Below, piece by piece: positions 58,455-64,000 of a stretch of 64,000 nt of DNA. The translations under genes were made by a program, and so were the position numbers. Every line of letters starts with the position of its first letter. The first letter of the stretch is position 1. The notes below the pieces were generated by a model that saw only the letters and a list, made by a program, of their open reading frames with translations, did no database searches and was not told the origin of the DNA. The DNA comes from Nitrospinales bacterium (lineage in GTDB: Bacteria; Nitrospinota; Nitrospinia; Nitrospinales; VA-1), in NCBI GenBank assembly GCA_965223795.1, contig CBDCXL010000002.1:608001-672000 (forward strand), read 5' to 3'.

Positions 58455-59213
58455 CTACATATTGGGAACGACCATGAGCTCGTTGTAGATTTCCCGTCTC
58501 AGGGTCTGCTCTATGAATGAAAGCGTCGCGCCCAGCGAGGACCCGCAGCTTCCGCAGGCTCCCTGGTACTGGACACTCACTTTTTCTCCGTTCTGGACAT
58601 TCAGCACTTCGATGTTGCCGCCGTCGGCCATGAGCGCCGGACGCACCTTGTCGTCGAGAACCAGATTGATCTGCTCCATCTGCTCCTTTTCGCTGAGGCC
58701 CAGCCACGCCTGCTCCGCCATGGTCAGTTCGGCGGTGGACCGTTTGGGCGGGCCGTCTTTTTCGGCAACGGATTTGGCGGCGGTGGTGGCCGCGGCAACG
58801 GCTTTTGAGTTTTCGTACTGCTCGCGGACGATCTTGAGCAGGGCTTCCACCGCGGCGAACGCGGCCTGCTTGGATTCGGGCACCGCGGGCTCGTCGGGCG
58901 TGTCGCGCAGCTGGTTTTCCACGTCCGAGCCCATGAGCGAGCAGGCTTCATCGAGGGTCAGCCCCTTGACCATGCCGCACAGGGTCTCGACGATGGCGAC
59001 GGACACCTTGCCGCCGTAGGCGAAAAACTTGGCGCTGAAGACGCGGTCGTCCTCCGGGTTGACCAGCCAGTAGAGCTTCATGTCCTTGTGCTTGGCTTCC
59101 ACCAGGGCCATGTTTTTCTCTGTGGCGTCGTCCTGATAGTAAGCGCCGCGGTTCTTCGGCTTGCTCGCGGCTTCGTCAAATTTATTCGAATATTTGTCTT
59201 CGAGTACGGACAT
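58455..59213 (-). CDS. NifU-like protein (degenerate NifU_N scaffold + C-terminal Nfu domain)
   Basis: PKNRG...KLYWLV...AKFFAYG; C-terminal VRPALMADGGNIE...YQGACGSC. Confidence 0.88.
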   Translation of the reverse strand: MSVLEDKYSNKFDEAASKPKNRGAYYQDDATEKNMALVEAKHKDMKLYWLVNPEDDRVFSAKFFAYGGKVSVAIVETLCGMVKGLTLDEACSLMGSDVENQLRDTPDEPAVPESKQAAFAAVEALLKIVREQYENSKAVAAATTAAKSVAEKDGPPKRSTAELTMAEQAWLGLSEKEQMEQINLVLDDKVRPALMADGGNIEVLNVQNGEKVSVQYQGACGSCGSSLGATLSFIEQTLRREIYNELMVVPNM

Positions 59214-59295
59214 TGGGATCGTGGGAGACGCGGGGAAAGACCGCGCTTTCACCGCATGGGGTCAAGGCGAATAATTGAAAGTTTTTCCACGCCTT

Positions 59296-59324
59296 AGTAT
59301 AAGGATTCTGGCTGTTCTTCTCAA
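59296..59324 (-). promoter_or_regulatory. sigma70 promoter of the suf operon
   Basis: Minus strand TTGAGA-N17-TATACT. Confidence 0.6.
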
Positions 59325-59724
59325 CAGACATTAAGATGCACCGGAAGTCCGAAAGTTCCTTAACTTTTGCAAGAATCTAATGCGATCTCGGTGCTTCGGC
59401 GGGACCGCCGGGCGCACGATCCCCCCGCGTATCGGATGGGCAAAATCTTAGGGGATTTGGCACCGCCACGGCGAAAACCGCTTACGCCTTGAATATCATA
59501 AGCTTAACGGAAAACCGCTGAGAAGACGCCTTTTGCGCCGCAACCACGCACCGGTTGCGAATTGATTTGAATTCCCTTCGCGCCCGCCTATATTGTGTGC
59601 AGATTGCAAACGAAAGAGCTATAATCGTAGCACACAACGCGTACCTGCCTTCGGGAAGCTGCATCTTTTTCCCGGACACCCGGCGGGAGCGCATGAATCC
59701 ACGTTACGACAAGGGCACTCCGCC

Positions 59725-60732
59725 ATGAACACGCAGACAGAACGGCCGAAACTTGTGGACGGCATGGGACGCACCATCGTCAACCTGAGAATTTCGGTGA
59801 CCGACCGTTGTAATTTTCGCTGTACTTACTGCATGCCCGCGGACAACGTGGAGTTCATGGACCGCAGCAAGCTGCTCACTTTCGAGGAGGTGACGCGCGT
59901 GGCGACGGTCGTCTCGAAAATGGGCATCCACCGCCTGCGGCTGACGGGCGGCGAGCCGACGATGCGCAAGGACCTGCCGGTGCTGATCAACATGCTCGCC
60001 AATGTCGAGGGGATCGACGACATCGCCATGACCACCAACGCGTTCTTCCTGAAGGATCAGGCGCAGGCGCTGCGCGACGCCGGGCTCAAGCGGCTCAACG
60101 TCAGCCTCGACGCGCTGGATCCGGAGAAGTTCGCGCACGTCAACCGGCGCGACTGCCTCGACCAGGTGCTGGACGGTCTCAAGGCGGCGGCGGAGGCTAA
60201 CTACGAATCGATCAAGATCAACGCGGTGGCGATGCGCAATTTCTCGGAAAGCGAGATCCTCAGGCTCATCGAGATGGGCCGGTCGGACGGTTTCGAGGTG
60301 CGCTTCATCGAGTTCATGCCGCTGGATTCGGACAAGATCTGGGAACGCGACAAGGTGCTGTTCGGGCATGAAATCGTCGATCTCATCCGCGAGAAATACG
60401 AACTGGTGCCGATCGAAAACTCGCTGGAGATCGGCCCGGCCAGCGAATTCGAATTCGCCGACGGCAAGGGCAAGATCGGCATCATCACCGCGGTCAGCAA
60501 CCCGTTCTGCGACCACTGCAACCGCATCCGCATGACCGCCGACGGCAAGCTGCGCACCTGCCTGTTCTCGACGCAGGAAACCAACCTCAAGCAGCTGATC
60601 CGCGGCGGCGCTTCCGACGCGGACATCACACAGAAGATCCTCGACGCAGTGGCGGTCAAGGAGCCGGGGCACAAGATCAACCTGGACGATTTCGAACGGC
60701 CGACGCGCGCCATGCACGCCATCGGCGGCTGA
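59725..60732 (+). CDS. moaA: GTP 3',8-cyclase MoaA
   Basis: LRISVTDRCNFRCTYCMP, LTGGEP, RFIEFMP, FCDHCNRIR...C, C-terminal IGG. Confidence 0.98.
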   Translation: MNTQTERPKLVDGMGRTIVNLRISVTDRCNFRCTYCMPADNVEFMDRSKLLTFEEVTRVATVVSKMGIHRLRLTGGEPTMRKDLPVLINMLANVEGIDDIAMTTNAFFLKDQAQALRDAGLKRLNVSLDALDPEKFAHVNRRDCLDQVLDGLKAAAEANYESIKINAVAMRNFSESEILRLIEMGRSDGFEVRFIEFMPLDSDKIWERDKVLFGHEIVDLIREKYELVPIENSLEIGPASEFEFADGKGKIGIITAVSNPFCDHCNRIRMTADGKLRTCLFSTQETNLKQLIRGGASDADITQKILDAVAVKEPGHKINLDDFERPTRAMHAIGG

Positions 60733-60793
60733 CTCCTCGCGGAGGGGCAATTTGCTCACGCCGGGCAGCATCTTTTCAACCTTAAAACACACT

Positions 60794-61171
60794 TCATTGA
60801 CTCGCTTCCTCCTCTTCCGCAGAGGGCGTATCCGCTGATGCCGGGCAGCATGCGGTTGCCATCACTTCTTTGACGCGGTTCTCCCCTCTTCCACAAAAGC
60901 CCGACAGACTGGCACTCGATTCAACACCCTCCTGTTTGATCGTCTCGTTTTCCTCCTGTTCCGATCCATGCACTAATTGTCGCCCGCACGGTGTCCCCTC
61001 TTTTCGCCCCCGTGGATCAAACGCTTTAATTCCGGCGGCTTCGGCCGTTTGCGGCGGGAGAGCGCGTATTTTTTGCCGGCCGCTGTCCGATTTTGGTCGG
61101 TTGGGCATTGTGGCAGGAGGCGTTTCATTCGATACTGATTGTATTAGAGATTCTTCTCTACGGTATTTCAC
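60794..61171 (-). CDS. Possible orphan hypothetical protein
   Basis: GTG start with SD AAGGGGGAG; disordered-looking sequence with atypical codon use. Confidence 0.35.
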   Translation of the reverse strand: MKYRREESLIQSVSNETPPATMPNRPKSDSGRQKIRALPPQTAEAAGIKAFDPRGRKEGTPCGRQLVHGSEQEENETIKQEGVESSASLSGFCGRGENRVKEVMATACCPASADTPSAEEEEASQ

Positions 61172-61264
61172 AGACTCTCCCCCTTAAATGTCCGGGGCCG
61201 GTTCCCAGCCGGTCCCGGATATTTTTTTTCCTCCCTTTTTAGTGATCTTTTAATAGATCATTTT

Positions 61265-61326
61265 CCTGTCATGCTGAGCCTGTCGAAGCATGATTCGGCA
61301 CCCTTCGACGAGCTCAGGGTGACAGG
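61265..61326. repeat. REP-like palindromic element (family A)
   Basis: CCTGTCATGCTGAGCCTGTCGAAGCATG-ATTCGG-CACCCTTCGACGAGCTCAGGGTGACAGG. Confidence 0.85.
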
Positions 61327-61416
61327 ATGAAACTCAGACCCAGCGTGTCCAGCTTATGCAAAGATCCTGACTTTGTGCTACCCTGTTTTCCTTCTGCATT
61401 TGTTTGACTCAGGACC

Positions 61417-62238
61417 ATGAACCTCGATCACAAACAGTCGCTTCTGGAATCCCGTCTGCGCGAACTCAAAAGCGTGGTGGTGGCGTTTTCCGGCGGGGTG
61501 GACAGCACGCTGGTTTTGGCCGCGGCCAAAGCGGTTCTGGGCGACAACACGCTCGCGGTCACGGCGCGCTCGCCCAGCGTCGCGGCGAGGGAACTGGCGG
61601 TGAGCGAACGTCTGGCGCGGGAGATCGGCGCCGCGCACCGGATCATCGACACGGAGGAAATGGCCGACGCCAACTACCGGGCCAACCCGGCCGACCGCTG
61701 CTATTACTGCAAATCGGAACTGTATGGCAAGCTGCTCGCCGTCGCCAGAGAACACGGTTTCGCGTATGTGGTCAACGGCATCAACTTAGACGATCTGGGC
61801 GACCACCGTCCCGGCATCGGCGCGGCCAAAGAGGCGGGCGTCGTGAGCCCGCTGGCGGAGGCGGGCCTTTGCAAACAGGAAGTGCGGCAGCTGGCGAAAC
61901 GGTATGCGCTTTCCAACTGGGACAAGCCCGCCATGCCCTGCCTCTCTTCCAGGGTGCCGTACGGCGATGCCATCTCGGCAGAGAAACTTAAGATGATCGA
62001 GCGGGCGGAGGACGTTCTGCTGGCGCTGGATTTCAGGCAGCTTCGGGTGCGGCACCTGGGCGATGTGGCGCGCATCGAACTGGAAGCCGATGCGATCCCG
62101 CGTTTTCAAGCGGACGGGATCGCGGAGACGGTGCGGCGGCGCTTTCGGGAAATCGGATTCCGCGACTTCATTCTCGATCCGGAGGGATTCCGTTCGGGCC
62201 GGTTGAACGAGGCGCTGTTCAAAACGACGAAGGATTGA
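61417..62238 (+). CDS. larE: ATP-dependent sulfur transferase LarE
   Basis: PP-loop SGGVDS, RCYYCK, DDLGDHRPG, PAMPCLSSR, LRVRH, FRSGRLN. Confidence 0.93.
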   Translation: MNLDHKQSLLESRLRELKSVVVAFSGGVDSTLVLAAAKAVLGDNTLAVTARSPSVAARELAVSERLAREIGAAHRIIDTEEMADANYRANPADRCYYCKSELYGKLLAVAREHGFAYVVNGINLDDLGDHRPGIGAAKEAGVVSPLAEAGLCKQEVRQLAKRYALSNWDKPAMPCLSSRVPYGDAISAEKLKMIERAEDVLLALDFRQLRVRHLGDVARIELEADAIPRFQADGIAETVRRRFREIGFRDFILDPEGFRSGRLNEALFKTTKD

Positions 62239-62319
62239 GTGTGCGTGCGAAACGCACCGATGCGGTTGCGTTTCGTAAGGGGCAAAGAAGCTTCCCTTAT
62301 GTGACATTTGCATTCGTCT

Positions 62320-62374
62320 TTGTCATGCTGAGCCTGTCGAAGCATGACACCCTTCGACAAGCTCAGGGTGACAA
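62320..62374. repeat. REP-like palindromic element (family A)
   Basis: TTGTCATGCTGAGCCTGTCGAAGCATGACACCCTTCGACAAGCTCAGGGTGACAA. Confidence 0.85.
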
Positions 62375-62448
62375 CAGGTTCCAAGCTTCTTAACCGTCAG
62401 ACAGATGTAATAGTCTCCTTATGGAGTTCTCAAAGGATCGTTTGAAAA

Positions 62449-62682
62449 ATGTGGAAAGTCGAGCTGCGGCCTGAAATCCGAAAAGAACTGAAAGACCCGG
62501 ACCGCTTCGCCCGGGGCCTGAGCGCGGTCTACACCGGCCTCACCATCACCATGAGCGGCGTGGTGATGATGCTGATCCTGTATTTCGCCAAGCCGGAACA
62601 CGTGCTGCACCCCACCTGGCTGCTGTTCATCGGTTTCGCGGTCGTCGGCTGGGGCGAATGGGAAAAATTCCGCTCGAAGTGA
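62449..62682 (+). CDS. Small two-TM membrane protein
   Basis: 77-aa ORF with AAGGA SD and two hydrophobic helices. Confidence 0.8.
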   Translation: MWKVELRPEIRKELKDPDRFARGLSAVYTGLTITMSGVVMMLILYFAKPEHVLHPTWLLFIGFAVVGWGEWEKFRSK

Positions 62683-62692
62683 ATTCCCGGCT

Positions 62693-63589
62693 TCACACAT
62701 CCTTCGGGGGGTCCTCCTCCGAACCGCTTTCCTTTTTGTCTTCCCTGTGGTGATTCTGCGGCTGTCTGCCGAGATCGAGCGAGCGCCGGGTCGCGTCTTC
62801 CACGGCGTTCATGAGCGTGGTGCGCAGGCCGCCGGCTTCCAGGGTGTGCAGGCCTGAGATCGAGGTGCCGCCGGGGGATGTGACCATGTCTTTCAGTTCA
62901 CCGGGGTGCTTGCCGCTTTCGCGCGCCAGCTTGGCGGACCCGAGCACGGTCTGGATGGTGAGGATATTGGCCACGCGGCGCGACAGGCCCATTTTGACAC
63001 CCGCGTCGGACAGGGCCTCGATGATCATGAAGATGTAGGCGGGGCCGCTGCCGGACAGGCCGGTGACCGCGTCGAGCTGGGCTTCGTCCACATCGACGGT
63101 GCTGCCGATGGCCTCGAACAGGCGGTGGGCGATCTTGACGTCCATCTTGGAGACGTTCGCTCCCGAGGCGATCGCCGTCACGCCCTCCTGCACCAGCGCC
63201 GGGGTGTTGGGCATGGTGCGCACGATGCAGAACCGGGTCTTGGGATTGCCCTTGGCCAGGGCTTCTTCCATGTTGCGCATGGTCACGCCCGCGGCGATGG
63301 ACACCAGCAGCTTCTTGTTGTCCACGAGATCGCCGATGTCCTCCAGCACTTTCTGGGCGACCTGCGGCTTGACGGCGAGGATGAGGATGTCGCTTTTCTG
63401 CACCAGCTCGCGGTTGTCCTGGGTGCCGCGCACGCGGTACTCGGAGCGCAGGAAATCGAGCCGCGCCTGCAGGGGGTCGGCCACCAGGATGTTCTTCGCC
63501 TCGATGAAGGAAGCGGAAAGCAGCCCCTTGACCATGGCTTCGGCCATGTTGCCGCCGCCGATGAAACCCAGTTTTTTACTCGTCAGCAC
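62693..63589 (-). CDS. proC: Pyrroline-5-carboxylate reductase
   Basis: GFIGGGNMA, LAVKPQ, RTMPNTP, TGLSGSGPAY, VTSPGGT. Confidence 0.97.
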   Translation of the reverse strand: MLTSKKLGFIGGGNMAEAMVKGLLSASFIEAKNILVADPLQARLDFLRSEYRVRGTQDNRELVQKSDILILAVKPQVAQKVLEDIGDLVDNKKLLVSIAAGVTMRNMEEALAKGNPKTRFCIVRTMPNTPALVQEGVTAIASGANVSKMDVKIAHRLFEAIGSTVDVDEAQLDAVTGLSGSGPAYIFMIIEALSDAGVKMGLSRRVANILTIQTVLGSAKLARESGKHPGELKDMVTSPGGTSISGLHTLEAGGLRTTLMNAVEDATRRSLDLGRQPQNHHREDKKESGSEEDPPKDV

Positions 63590-63643
63590 GGATCGTTTCT
63601 CCTGAACGTGTTGTCAGATTGCCTGCGTGAGAATGCAGTCCAA

Positions 63644-64000
63644 TCATTCGGGCCGTTCTCCGAAGATGGCGGTGCCCACGCGCACCCAGGTGGCGCCTTC
63701 TTCGATGGCCACCTCGAAATCGTTGGACATGCCCATCGACAATTCCGCCAGCGCGACGCCGGGGATCTGCGCCCGAACGGCCTCATCGCGCAATTCCCTG
63801 AGGCGCGCGAAATGGGGGCGCGACCGTTCCGGGTCGGGATCGAACGGCGGGATCGTCATCAGGCCCTGAACCCGCACGCCGGGATAGCCGCTGACGTCCC
63901 GCAGGGTGCCCTTGAGCGCCTGGGGCGGGATGCCGGATTTGCTGGCTTCGCCGGAGACGTTGACCTGGATCAGAACGGGCGTGACCCTCTCGATGTCGAG
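63644..64000 (-). CDS. yggS: YggS-family PLP homeostasis protein, 3' part
   Basis: IQVNVSGEASKSG, GLMTIPP, LSMGMSNDF, VRVGTAIFG; conserved position upstream of proC. Confidence 0.95.
   Translation of the reverse strand, partial: LDIERVTPVLIQVNVSGEASKSGIPPQALKGTLRDVSGYPGVRVQGLMTIPPFDPDPERSRPHFARLRELRDEAVRAQIPGVALAELSMGMSNDFEVAIEEGATWVRVGTAIFGERPE

Noticed and set aside
59270..59292. Fur-like box upstream of the suf operon
   Set aside because: AT-rich but with poor symmetry and wrong spacing.
59600..59724. Moco riboswitch upstream of moaA
   Set aside because: Could not identify the conserved motifs or stems.
61265..62374. CRISPR array or IS ends from the family A repeats
   Set aside because: Copies are dispersed with no regular spacers, and there is no cas or transposase gene in the window.

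Overview
GC-rich bacterial chromosomal segment, most likely from a nitrite-oxidising member of the Nitrospinota (Nitrospina-like). The assignment is inferred from the 5' half of a periplasmic, Tat-exported nitrite oxidoreductase alpha subunit (nxrA) at the left edge, which the ORF track misses. Housekeeping genes: aspS, rnpB, a C4 zinc-ribbon gene, yajC-secD-secF, pepN, a nifU-like-sufBCDSU operon, moaA, larE, proC and a partial yggS. There are several two-component genes, repeat proteins (TPR, LRR, HEAT) and a short accessory stretch (frameshifted AT-rich gene, TerC, SemiSWEET, Fe-type SOD). No CRISPR array, tRNA, rRNA, transposase or prophage gene was found, but several families of short palindromic REP-like repeats occur, some nested. 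Best leads: (1) YajC fused to a C-terminal J-like domain with RPD instead of HPD, in the secDF operon; (2) an unannotated 20-aa hydrophobic peptide with a sequestered RBS, convergent with rnpB; (3) an ArsP/DUF318 permease fused to an FG-GAP/ASPIC-UnbV ectodomain; (4) a sigma54-controlled operon encoding a protein with an amicyanin-like Cu motif plus a cytochrome c, next to a candidate activator; (5) a HExxH plus zinc-finger gene directly upstream of nxrA. All calls come from reading the sequence; no database searches were run.
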